Shown: piece by piece, positions 1-12,000 of the stretch | How the letters are laid out: the number at the start of each line of letters is the position of its first letter | Numbering within the stretch: the first letter of the stretch is position 1 | Origin: Mobula hypostoma | Taxonomy: Eukaryota | Assembly (NCBI RefSeq): GCF_963921235.1 | Contig: NC_086108.1 | Span: 40,364,001-40,428,000 of the forward strand | Reading direction: 5' to 3' | Length of the DNA: 64,000 nt | Position numbers and translations under genes: made by a program | Notes under the pieces: generated by a model | Database searches by the model: none | What the model saw: only the letters and a program-made list of their open reading frames with translations | Told to the model about the DNA's origin: nothing

Positions 1-3000
1 TTGGGCGAGGCAAGGCTGGAGGCTGGATGCAGGAGACGGGGCGAGCCGAGGCTGGAGGCTGGAGACAGGAGACTGGGGGCGAGGCTGGAGGCAGCAGGCA
101 GGAGACTTGGGGTGAGGCGAGACTGGAGGCTGGAGGCAGGAGACAGGGCGAGGCTGGAGGCAGCAGACTTGGGGTGAGGTGAGGCAAGGCTGGAGGCAGG
201 AGACTTAGTGCGAGGCCGGAGGCTGGAGGCAGGAGACTTGGGATGAGAAGAGGCTGGAAGCTGGAGGAAGGAGACTTGAGGCGAGGCTGGAGGCAGGAGA
301 CTTGAGGCAAGGCTGGAGGCAGGGGACGGGGCGAGGCTGGAGGCAGGAGACTTGAGGCGAGGCAGGAGACTTGGGATGAGGCGAGGCTGGAGGCAGGAGA
401 CTTGAGGCGAGGCAGGAGACTTGGGATGAGGCGAGGCTGGAGGCTGGAGACTTGGGGCGAGGCGAGACTGGAGTCTGGAGGCAGGAGACTTGGGATGAGG
501 CCAGGCTGGAGGCTGGAGGAAGGAGACTTGGAGCAAGGCTCGAGGCAGGAGACTTGAGGGAAGGCTGGAGGCAGGAGACGGGGCGAGGTGAGGCTGGAAG
601 CAGGTGGCTTTGGGTGAGGCAAGGCTGGAGGCAGGAGACGAGGCGAGGCTGGAGGCAGGAGACTTGGGACGATGCAAGGCTGGAGTCTGGAGGCAGGAGA
701 CTTGGGACGAGGCGAGGCTGGAGTGTGGAGGCAGGAGACTTGGGATGAGGCAAGGCTGCAGGCAGGAGACTTGGGGCGAGGCTGGAGACAGGAGACTTGA
801 GGCGAGGCTGGAGGCAGGAGACTTGGGGCAAGGCGAGGCTGGAGGCAGGGAACTTGGGGTGAGACTGGAGGCAGGGAACTTGGGGTGAGACTGGAGGCAG
901 GAGACGGGACGATGCGAGGCTAGAGTCTGGAGGCAGGAGACGGGGCGAGGCAAGGCTGCAGGCAGGAGACGGTGCAGGGCGAGACTGGTCTGGAGGCAGA
1001 AGGCTTGGGACGAGGCGAAGCTGGAGGCTGGAAGCAGGAGACTTGGGGCAACGCTGGAGGCTGGAGGTAGGAGACTTGAGGCGAGGCGATGCTGGAAGCT
1101 GGTGACTTGAGGCAAGGCGAGGCTGGAGGATGGCGACTTGAGGCGAGGCTGGAGACTTGGGGCGAGGCGAGGCTGGAGGCTGGATGCAGGAGACGAGACG
1201 AGGCGAGGCTGGAGGCCTGAGGCAGGAGACTTGGGGAATGGCTGAAGGCAGGGAACTTGGGGCGAGGCTGGAGGCTGGAGGCAGGAGTCAGGAGACTTGG
1301 GACGAGGCAAGGCTGGAGGTAGGGGTCTTAGGGCGAGGCTGGAGGCAGGAGGCAGGAACCTTGAGCTGAGGCTGGAGGCAGGAGACGATGGGAGGCTGGA
1401 GGAAGGAGACTTGAGGTGAGGCTGGAGGCTGAAGGCAGGAGACTTGGGGCAAAACGAGGCTGGAGACTGGAGGCAGGAGACAGGGCGAGGCGAGGCTGGA
1501 GGCAGGAAATTTGGGACGAGGCGAGGCTGGAGACAGCAGACTTGGGGTGAGGTGAGGCAAGGCTGGAGGCAGGAGACTTGGGGCGAGGCCAGAGGCTGGA
1601 GGCAGGAGACGTGGGGCGAGGCTGGAGTCTGGAGACTTGAGGCATGACTGGAGGCTGGAGGCAGGAGACGGGGTGAGGCGAGGCTGGAGGCAGGAGACTT
1701 GGGGCGAGGCGACGCTGGAGGCTGGAGGAAGGAGACTTGGGGCGAGACTGGAGGCAGGAGACAGCGCGATGCGAGGCTGGAGGCAGCAGACTTGGGGTGA
1801 GGCTGGAGGCAGCAGTCTTGGGGCGAGGTGAGGCTGGAGGCAGGAGAAGAGACGAGGCTGGAGGCTGGAGGCAGGAGACTTGAGGCAAGGCGAGGCTGGA
1901 GGCAGGAGACTTGGGATGAGGGGAGGCTGGAGGCAGGAGACTTGGGGTGAGGGGAGGCTGGAGGCAGGAGACTTGCGGCGAGGCGAGGCAAGAAGCAGGA
2001 GACTTGGGGCGAGGCGAGGCTGGAGGCTGGAGCCAGGAGATGGGGTGAGGCTGGAGGCAGGAGACTTGAGGCGAGGCTGGAGGCAGGAGTCTTGGGGCAA
2101 GGCGAGGCTGGAGGCAGGAGTCTTGGGGCGAGGCTGGAGGCAGGAGCAGGAGACTTGATGGGAGGCAGGAGGCAGGAGACTTGATGGGAGGCAGGAGGCA
2201 GGAGACTTGAGGCGAGGCTGGAGGCAGGAGACTTGATGGGAGGCTGGAGGCTGGAGGAAGGAAACTTGAGGCGAGGCTGGAGGCTGGAGACTTGGGGCGA
2301 GGCGAGGCTGGAGGCAGAGACTTGAGGCGAGGCTGGAGGCAGGAGACAGAGTGAGTCGAGGCTGGAGGCAGGAGACTTGGGGCAAGGCGAGGCTGGAGGC
2401 AAGAGACTTGGGGGCGAGGGGAGCCTGGAGGCAGGACACAACGCGAGGCTGGAGGCTGGAGGCAGGAGACCTGGGACGAGGTGAGGCTGGAGGCAGCAGA
2501 CTTGGGGCGAGGCGAGACTGGAGGCAGGAGGCAGGAGACTTAGGGCGAGGCAAGTTTGGAGGCTGGAGGCAGGAGACTTGAGGCGAGGCTGGAGGCTGGA
2601 GGCAGGAGACTTGAGGTGAGGCAAGTGGCAGGAGACTTAGGGTGAGGCGAGGCTGGAGACTTTGGGCAAGGCTGGAGGCGGGATTTGGGCTGAGGTGCGA
2701 CTGGAGGCAGGAGACTTCGGGTGAGGCAAGTTTGGAGGCTGGAGGCAGGAGTCTTGAGGCGAGGCTGGAGGCAGGAGACTTGGGGCAAGGCTGGAGGCAG
2801 GGGACTTGGGGCGAGGCTGGAGGCAGGAGACTTGGGGCAAGGCAGGAGGCAGGAGACGGGGCGAGTCTGGAGGCTGGAGGCAGGAGACTTGAGGCGAGGC
2901 TGGAGGCAGGAGATGGGGTGAGGCGAGGCTGGAAGCAGGAGACTTTGGGCGAGGCGAGGCTGGAGGCAGGAGACGAGGCGAGGCTGGAGGCTGGAGGCAG

Positions 3001-6000
3001 GAGACTTGGGGCAAGGTTAGAGACAGGGAACTTGGGGTGAGGCTGGAGGCAGGAGACGGGACGAGGCGAGGCTGGAGCCTGCAGGCAGGAGACTTGGTGC
3101 GAGGCGAGAATGGAGTCTGGAGGCAGGAGACTTGGGACGAGGCGAGGCTGGAGGCAGGAGACTTGGGGCGACGCTGGATGCTGGAGACTTGAGGCGAGGC
3201 GATGCTGGAGGATGGAGACTTGAGGCGAGGCTGGATGCTGGAGACTTGAGGCGAGGCGAGGCTGGAGTCTGGTGACCTGAGGCGAGGCTGGAGGCTGGTA
3301 ACCTGAGGCGAGGCTGGAGGCTGGTGACTTGAGGCGATGCGAGGCTGGAGGCAGGAGACTTGGGGCGAGGCAAGACTGGAGGCAGGAGGCAGGAGACTTG
3401 GGCCGAGGTGCGACTGGAGGCTGGAGGCAGGAGACTTGGAGTGAGGCAAATTTGGAGGCTGGAGGCAGGAGACTTGAGGTGAGGCTGGAGGCAGGAGTCT
3501 TGGGGCAAGGTGAGGCTGGAGGCAAGAGTCTTGGGGCAAGGTGAGGCTGGAGGCAGGAGTCTTGGGGCGAGGCTGGAGGCAGGAAACTTGGGACGAGGCG
3601 AGGCTGGAGGCAGGAGACTTGAGGTGAGGCTGGAGGCAGGAGACTTGAGGCGAGGCTGGAGGCTGGAGGCAGGAGACAGAGTGAGTCGAGGCTGGAGGCA
3701 GAAGACTTGGGGCAAGGCGAGGCTGGAGGCAAGAGACTTGGGGCGAGGGGAGCCTGGAGGCAGGACACGACGCGAGGCTGGAGGCTGGAGGCAGGAGACC
3801 TGGGACGAGGTGAGGCTGGAGGCAGCAGACTTGTGGCGAGGTGAGGCGAGGCTGGAGGCAGAAGACTTGGGGCGAGGCGAGGCTGGAGGCAGCAGACTTG
3901 GGGCAAGGTGAGACTGGAGGCAGGAGGCAGGAGACTTGAGGCGAGGCTGGAGGCAGGAGACTAGAGGTGAGGCAAGTGGCAGGAGACTTGGGGTGAGGCG
4001 AGGCTGGAGGCTGGAGACTTGGGGCGAGGCTGGAGGCAGGAGACGGGGCAAAGCTCGAGGCAGGAGGCAGGAGACGGGGCGAGTCTGGAGGCTGGAGGCA
4101 GGAGACTTGAGGCGAGGCTGGAGGCAGGAGACTTTGGGCGAGGCGAGGCTGGACGTAGGAGATGAGGCGAGGCTGGAGGCAGGAGACTTGGGGCAAGGTT
4201 AGAGACAGGGAACTTGGGGTGAGGCTGGAGGCAGGAGACGGGACAATGCAAGGCTGGAGTCTGGAGGCAGGAGACTTGGTGCGAGGCGAGAATGGAGTCT
4301 GGAGGCAGGAGACTTGGGACGAGGCGAGGCTGGAGGCAGGAGACTTGGGGCGACGCTGGATGCTGGAGACAGGAGACGAGGCGAGGCTGGAGGTAGGAGA
4401 CTTAAGGTGAGGCTGGAGGATGGAGACTTGAGGCGAGGCGAGGCTGGTGACTTGTGGCGAGGCGAGGCTGGAGTCTGGTGACTTGAGGCGAGGCTGGAGG
4501 CTGGTAACCTGAGGTGAGGCTGGAGACTTGGGGTGAGGCGAGGCTGGAGGCTGCTGACTTGGGGCGATGCGAGGCTGGAGGCAGGAGACTTGGGGTGAGG
4601 CAAGACTGGAGGCAGGAGGCAGGAGACTTGGACCGAGGTGCAACTGGAGGTTGGAGGCAGGAGACTTGGAGCGAGGCAAATTTGGAGGCTGGAGGCAGGA
4701 GACGAGGTGAGGCTGGAGGCAGGAGTCTTGGGGCAAGGCGAGGCTGGAGGCCGGAGTCTTGGAGCGAGGCTGGAGGCAGGAGGCTGGAGGCAGGAAACTT
4801 GGGATGAGGCGAGGCTGGAGGCAGGAGACTTGAGGAGAGGCTCGAGGCAGAAGACGGGGCAAGGCTGGAGGCAGGAAACTTGGGACAAGGCGAGGCTGGA
4901 GGCAGGAGACTTGGGGCGAGGCCAGACTGGAGGCAGGAGACTTGAGGCGAGGCTGGAGGCAGGAGACTTGGGGCAAGGCGAGGCTGCAGGCAGGAGACTA
5001 GGAGCGAGGCGAGAATGGAGTCTGGAGGCAGGAGACTTGGGACGAGGCGAGGCTGGAGGCAGGAGGCTTGTTGTGAGGAGAGGCTGGAGGCAGGAGACGG
5101 GGCGAGGCGAGGCTGGAGGCAGGAGACTTGGGGCAAGGCTAGAGGCAGAGGACTTGAGGCGAGGCTGGAGGCTGGAGGCAGGAGACGGGGCGAGTCTGGA
5201 GGCAGGAGGCTTGGGGCGAGACGAGGCTGGAGGCTAGAGGTAGGAGACGGAGCGAGGTGAGGCTGGAGGCCTTGCCCCAAGTCTCCTGCCTCCAGCCTCG
5301 AGCCTCGCCTCAAGTCCTCTGCCTCCAGCCTTGCCCCAAGAGGACTTGAGGCGAGGCTCGAGGCTGGAGGCAGGAGACTTGAGGCGAGGCTGGAGGCAGG
5401 AGGCTTGGGGCGAGATGAGGCTGGAGGCAGCAGACTTGGGGCGAGGTGAGGTGAGGCTGCAGGCAGGAGACGGGGCATGGCGAGACTGGAGTCTGGAGGC
5501 AGGAGACGTGGGGCGAGGTGACGCTGGAGGCAGGATACGGAGCGAGGCTGGAGGCAGGAGACAGGAGACCTGGGGCGAGGCTGGAGGCAGCAGACTTGGG
5601 GCAAGGTGACGCTGGAGGCAGGATACGGAGCGAGGCTGGAGGCAGGAGGCAGGAGACCTGGGGCGAGGCTGGAGGCAGCAGGCAGGAGACTTGGAACGAG
5701 GCGAGGCTGGAGACAGCAGACTTGGGGTGAGGTGAGGCAAGGCTGGAGGCAGCAGACTTGGCGTGAGGTGAGGCAAGGCTGGAGGCAGGAGACGGGGCGA
5801 GGCATGACTGGAGTCTGGAGGCAGGAGACTTGGGATGAGGCAAGGCTGGAGGCAGGAGTCTTGGGGCAAGGCGACGCTGGAGGCAGGAGGCAGGGCGGGG
5901 TGAGGCTGGAGGCAGCAGACATGGGGCGAGGCTGGAGGCAGGAGACGGGGCGAGGCTGGAGGCAGCAGGCAGGAGACTTGGGACAAGGCGAGGCTGGAGG

Positions 6001-9000
6001 CAGGAGTCTTGGGGCGAGGCTGGAGGCAGGAGGCAGGAGACGAGCTGAGGCTGGAGGCAGGAGACTTGATGGGAGGCTGGAGGCTGGAGGAAGGAGACTT
6101 GAGGCGAGGCTGGAGGCTGAAGGCAGGAGACGAGGCAAAACGAGGCTGGTGGCAGGAGACAGGGCGAGGCTGGAGGCAGGAAATTTGGGACGAGGCGAGG
6201 CTGGAGGCAGCAGACTTGGGGTGAGGTGAGGCAAGGCTGGAGGCAGGAGACTTGGGGCAAGGCGAGGCTGGAGGCAGGAGTCTTGGGGCAAGGCTGGAGG
6301 CTGAAGGCAGGAGACTTGGGGCGAGACGAGGCTGGAGGCTTGAGGCAGGAAATGTGGGACGTGGCGAGGCTGGAGGCAGCAGACTTGGGGTGAGGTGAGG
6401 CAAGGCTGGAGGCAGGAGACATGGGGCGAGGCTGGAGGCAGAAGACTTGGGACAAGAAGAGGCTGGAGGCTGGAGGCAGGAGACTTGGGGCGAGGCGTGA
6501 CTGGAGTCTGGAGGCAGGAGACTTGGGACGAGGCAAGGCTGGAGGCTGGAGGCAGGAGACTTGGGGCAAAGCGACGCTGGAGGCAGGAGACAGGGCGAGG
6601 CGAGGCTGGAGGCAGCAGACTTGGGGCGAGGCGAGGCTGGAGGCAGGAGACTTGAGGCGAGACTGGAGGCTGGAGGCAGGAGATGGAGTGAGTCAAGGCT
6701 GGAGGCAGGAGACTTGGGGCAAGGCGAGGCTGGAGGCAAGAGACTTGGGGCTAGTGGAGCCTGGAGGCAAGACACGATGCGAGGCTGGAGGCAGGAGACC
6801 TGGGCCGAGGTGCGACTGGAGGCTGGAGACAGGAGACTTGGGGCGAGGCAAGTTTGGAGGCTGGAGGCAGGAGACTTGAGGCGAGGCTGGAGGCAGGAGA
6901 CTTGGGGCAAGGCTGGAGGCAGGAGATTTGACGTGAGGCTGGAGGCAGGAGACTTGAGGTGTGGCTGGAGGCAGGAGACGAGGCGAGGCTGGGTGCTGGA
7001 GGCAGTAGGCTTGGGGGGAGGTGAGGCTGGAGGCAGGAGGCTTGGGCGAGGCAAGGCTGGAGGCTGGATGCAGGAGACGGGGCGAGCCGAGGCTGGAGGC
7101 TGGAGACAGGAGACTGGGGGCGAGGCTGGAGGCAGCAGGCAGGAGACTTGGGGTGAGGCGAGACTGGAGGCTGGAGGCAGGAGACAGGGCGAGGCTGGAG
7201 GCAGCAGACTTGGGGTGAGGTGAGGCAAGGCTGGAGGCAGGAGACTTAGTGCGAGGCCGGAGGCTGGAGGCAGGAGACTTGGGATGAGAAGAGGCTGGAA
7301 GCTGGAGGAAGGAGACTTGAGGCGAGGCTGGAGGCAGGAGACTTGAGGCAAGGCTGGAGGCAGGGGACGGGGCGAGGCTGGAGGCAGGAGACTTGAGGCG
7401 AGGCAGGAGACTTGGGATGAGGCGAGGCTGGAGGCAGGAGACTTGAGGCGAGGCAGGAGACTTGGGATGAGGCGAGGCTGGAGGCTGGAGACTTGGGGCG
7501 AGGCGAGACTGGAGTCTGGAGGCAGGAGACTTGGGATGAGGCCAGGCTGGAGGCTGGAGGAAGGAGACTTGGAGCAAGGCTCGAGGCAGGAGACTTGAGG
7601 GAAGGCTGGAGGCAGGAGACGGGGCGAGGTGAGGCTGGAAGCAGGTGGCTTTGGGTGAGGCAAGGCTGGAGGCAGGAGACGAGGCGAGGCTGGAGGCAGG
7701 AGACTTGGGACGATGCAAGGCTGGAGTCTGGAGGCAGGAGACTTGGGACGAGGCGAGGCTGGAGTGTGGAGGCAGGAGACTTGGGATGAGGCAAGGCTGC
7801 AGGCAGGAGACTTGGGGCGAGGCTGGAGACAGGAGACTTGAGGCGAGGCTGGAGGCAGGAGACTTGGGGCAAGGCGAGGCTGGAGGCAGGGAACTTGGGG
7901 TGAGACTGGAGGCAGGGAACTTGGGGTGAGACTGGAGGCAGGAGACGGGACGATGCGAGGCTAGAGTCTGGAGGCAGGAGACTTGGGGCGAGGCAAGGCT
8001 GCAGGCAGGAGACGGTGCAGGGCGAGACTGGTCTGGAGGCAGAAGGCTTGGGACGAGGCGAAGCTGGAGGCTGGAAGCAGGAGACTTGGGGCAACGCTGG
8101 AGGCTGGAGGTAGGAGACTTGAGGCGAGGCGATGCTGGAAGCTGGTGACTTGAGGTGAGGCGAGGCTGGAGGATGGCGACTTGAGGCGAGGCTGGAGACT
8201 TGAGGCGAGGCTGGAGGCTGGATGCAGGAGACGAGACGAGGTGAGGCTGGAGGCCTGAGGCAGGAGACTTGGGGAAAGGCTGAAGGCAGGGAACTTGGGG
8301 CGAGGCTGGAGGCTGGAGGCAGGAGTCAGGAGACTTGGGACGAGGCAAGGCTGGAGGTAGGAGTCTTAGGGCGAGGCTGGAGGCAGGAGGCAGGAACCTT
8401 GAGCTGAGGCTGGAGGCAGGAGACGATGGGAGGCTGGAGGAAGGAGACTTGAGGTGAGGCTGGAGGCTGAAGGCAGGAGACTTGGGGCAAAACGAGGCTG
8501 GAGACTGGAGGCAGGAGACAGGGCGAGGCGAGGCTGGAGGCAGGAAATTTGGGACGAGGCGAGGCTGGAGACAGCAGACTTGGGGTGAGGTGAGGCAAGG
8601 CTGGAGGCAGGAGACTTGGGGCGAGGCCAGAGGCTGGAGGCAGGAGACGTGGGGCGAGGCTGGAGTCTGGAGACTTGAGGCATGACTGGAGGCTGGAGGC
8701 AGGAGACGGGGTGAGGCGAGGCTGGAGGCAGGAGACTTGGGGCGAGGCGACGCTGGAGGCTGGAGGAAGGAGACTTGGGGCGAGACTGGAGGCAGGAGAC
8801 AGCGCGATGCGAGGCTGGAGGCAGCAGACTTGGGGTGAGGCTGGAGGCAGCAGTCTTGGGGCGAGGTGAGGCTGGAGGCAGGAGAAGAGACGAGGCTGGA
8901 GGCTGGAGGCAGGAGACTTGGGGCAAGGCGAGGCTGGAGGCAGGAGACTTGGGATGAGGGGAGGCTGGAGGCAGGAGACTTGGGGTGAGGGGAGGCTGGA

Positions 9001-12000
9001 GGCAGGAGACTTGGGGTGAGGCGAGGCTGGAGGCAGGAGACTTGGGGCAAGGCTAGAGGCAGAGGACTTGAGGCGAGGCTGGAGGCTGGAGGCAGGAGAC
9101 GGGGCGAGTCTGGAGGCAGGAGGCTTGGGGCGAGACGAGGCTGGAGGCTAGAGGTAGGAGACGGAGCGAGGTGAGGCTGGAGGCCTTGCCCCAAGTCTCC
9201 TGCCTCCAGCCTCGAGCCTCGCCTCAAGTCCTCTGCCTCCAGCCTTGCCCCAAGAGGACTTGAGGCGAGGCTCGAGGCTGGAGGCAGGAGACTTGAGGCG
9301 AGGCTGGAGGCAGGAGGCTTGGGGCGAGATGAGGCTGGAGGCAGCAGACTTGGGGCGAGGTGAGGTGAGGCTGCAGGCAGGAGACGGGGCATGGCGAGAC
9401 TGGAGTCTGGAGGCAGGAGACGTGGGGCGAGGTGACGCTGGAGGCAGGATACGGAGCGAGGCTGGAGGCAGGAGACAGGAGACCTGGGGCGAGGCTGGAG
9501 GCAGCAGACTTGGGGCAAGGTGACGCTGGAGGCAGGATACGGAGCGAGGCTGGAGGCAGGAGGCAGGAGACCTGGGGCGAGGCTGGAGGCAGCAGGCAGG
9601 AGACTTGGAACGAGGCGAGGCTGGAGACAGCAGACTTGGGGTGAGGTGAGGCAAGGCTGGAGGCAGCAGACTTGGCGTGAGGTGAGGCAAGGCTGGAGGC
9701 AGGAGACGGGGCGAGGCATGACTGGAGTCTGGAGGCAGGAGACTTGGGATGAGGCAAGGCTGGAGGCAGGAGTCTTGGGGCAAGGCGACGCTGGAGGCAG
9801 GAGGCAGGGCGGGGTGAGGCTGGAGGCAGCAGACATGGGGCGAGGCTGGAGGCAGGAGACGGGGCGAGGCTGGAGGCAGCAGGCAGGAGACTTGGGACAA
9901 GGCGAGGCTGGAGGCAGGAGTCTTGGGGCGAGGCTGGAGGCAGGAGGCAGGAGACGAGCTGAGGCTGGAGGCAGGAGACTTGATGGGAGGCTGGAGGCTG
10001 GAGGAAGGAGACTTGAGGCGAGGCTGGAGGCTGAAGGCAGGAGACGAGGCAAAACGAGGCTGGTGGCAGGAGACAGGGCGAGGCTGGAGGCAGGAAATTT
10101 GGGACGAGGCGAGGCTGGAGGCAGCAGACTTGGGGTGAGGTGAGGCAAGGCTGGAGGCAGGAGACTTGGGGCAAGGCGAGGCTGGAGGCAGGAGTCTTGG
10201 GGCAAGGCTGGAGGCAGGAGGCAGGAGACTTGAGGCAAGGCTGGAGGCTGAAGGCAGGAGACTTGGGGCGAGACGAGGCTGGAGGCTTGAGGCAGGAAAT
10301 GTGGGACGTGGCGAGGCTGGAGGCAGCAGACTTGGGGTGAGGTGAGGCAAGGCTGGAGGCAGGAGACATGGGGCGAGGCTGGAGGCAGAAGACTTGGGAC
10401 AAGAAGAGGCTGGAGGCTGGAGGCAGGAGACTTGGGGCGAGGCGTGACTGGAGTCTGGAGGCAGGAGACTTGGGACGAGGCAAGGCTGGAGGCTGGAGGA
10501 AGGAGACTTGGGGCAAGGCGACGCTGGAGGCAGGAGACAGGGCGAGGCGAGGCTGGAGGCAGCAGACTTGGGGCGAGGCGAGGCTGGAGGCAGGAGACTT
10601 GAGGCGAGACTGGAGGCTGGAGGCAGGAGATGGAGTGAGTCAAGGCTGGAGGCAGGAGACTTGGGGCAAGGCGAGGCTGGAGGCAAGAGACTTGGGGCTA
10701 GCGGAGCCTGGAGGCAAGACACGATGCGAGGCTGGAGGCAGGAGACCTGGGCCGAGGTGCGACTGTAGGCTGGAGACAGGAGACTTGGGGCGAGGCAAGT
10801 TTGGAGGCTGGAGGCAGGAGACTTGAGGCGAGGCTGGAGGCAGGAGACTTGGGGCAAGGCTGGAGGCAGGAGATTTGACGTGAGGCTGGAGGCAGGAGAC
10901 TTGAGGCGTGGCTGGAGGCAGGAGACGAGGCGAGGCTGGGGGCTGGAGGCAGTAGGCTTGGGGGGAGGTGAGGCTGGAGGCAGGAGGCTTGGGCGAGGCA
11001 AGGCTGGAGGCTGGATGCAGGAGACGGGGCGAGCCGAGGCTGGAGGCTGGAGACAGGAGACTGGGGGCGAGGCTGGAGGCAGCAGGCAGGAGACTTGGGG
11101 TGAGGCGAGACTGGAGGCTGGAGGCAGGAGACAGGGCGAGGCTGGAGGCAGCAGACTTGGGGTGAGGTGAGGCAAGGCTGGAGGCAGGAGACTTAGTGCG
11201 AGGCCGGAGGCTGGAGGCAGGAGACTTGGGATGAGAAGAGGCTGGAAGCTGGAGGAAGGAGACTTGAGGCGAGGCTGGAGGCAGGAGACTTGAGGCAAGG
11301 CTGGAGGCAGGGGACGGGGCGAGGCTGGAGGCAGGAGACTTGAGGCGAGGCAGGAGACTTGGGATGAGGCGAGGCTGGAGGCAGGAGACTTGAGGCGAGG
11401 CAGGAGACTTGGGATGAGGCGAGGCTGGAGGCTGGAGACTTGGGGCGAGGCGAGACTGGAGTCTGGAGGCAGGAGACTTGGGATGAGGCCAGGCTGGAGG
11501 CTGGAGGAAGGAGACTTGGAGCAAGGCTCGAGGCAGGAGACTTGAGGGAAGGCTGGAGGCAGGAGACGGGGCGAGGTGAGGCTGGAAGCAGGTGGCTTTG
11601 GGTGAGGCAAGGCTGGAGGCAGGAGACGAGGCGAGGCTGGAGGCAGGAGACTTGGGACGATGCAAGGCTGGAGTCTGGAGGCAGGAGACTTGGGACGAGG
11701 CGAGGCTGGAGTGTGGAGGCAGGAGACTTGGGATGAGGCAAGGCTGCAGGCAGGAGACTTGGGGCGAGGCTGGAGACAGGAGACTTGAGGCGAGGCTGGA
11801 GGCAGGAGACTTGGGGCAAGGCGAGGCTGGAGGCAGGGAACTTGGGGTGAGACTGGAGGCAGGGAACTTGGGGTGAGACTGGAGGCAGGAGACGGGACGA
11901 TGCGAGGCTAGAGTCTGGAGGCAGGAGACTTGGGGCGAGGCAAGGCTGCAGGCAGGAGACGGTGCAGGGCGAGACTGGTCTGGAGGCAGAAGGCTTGGGA

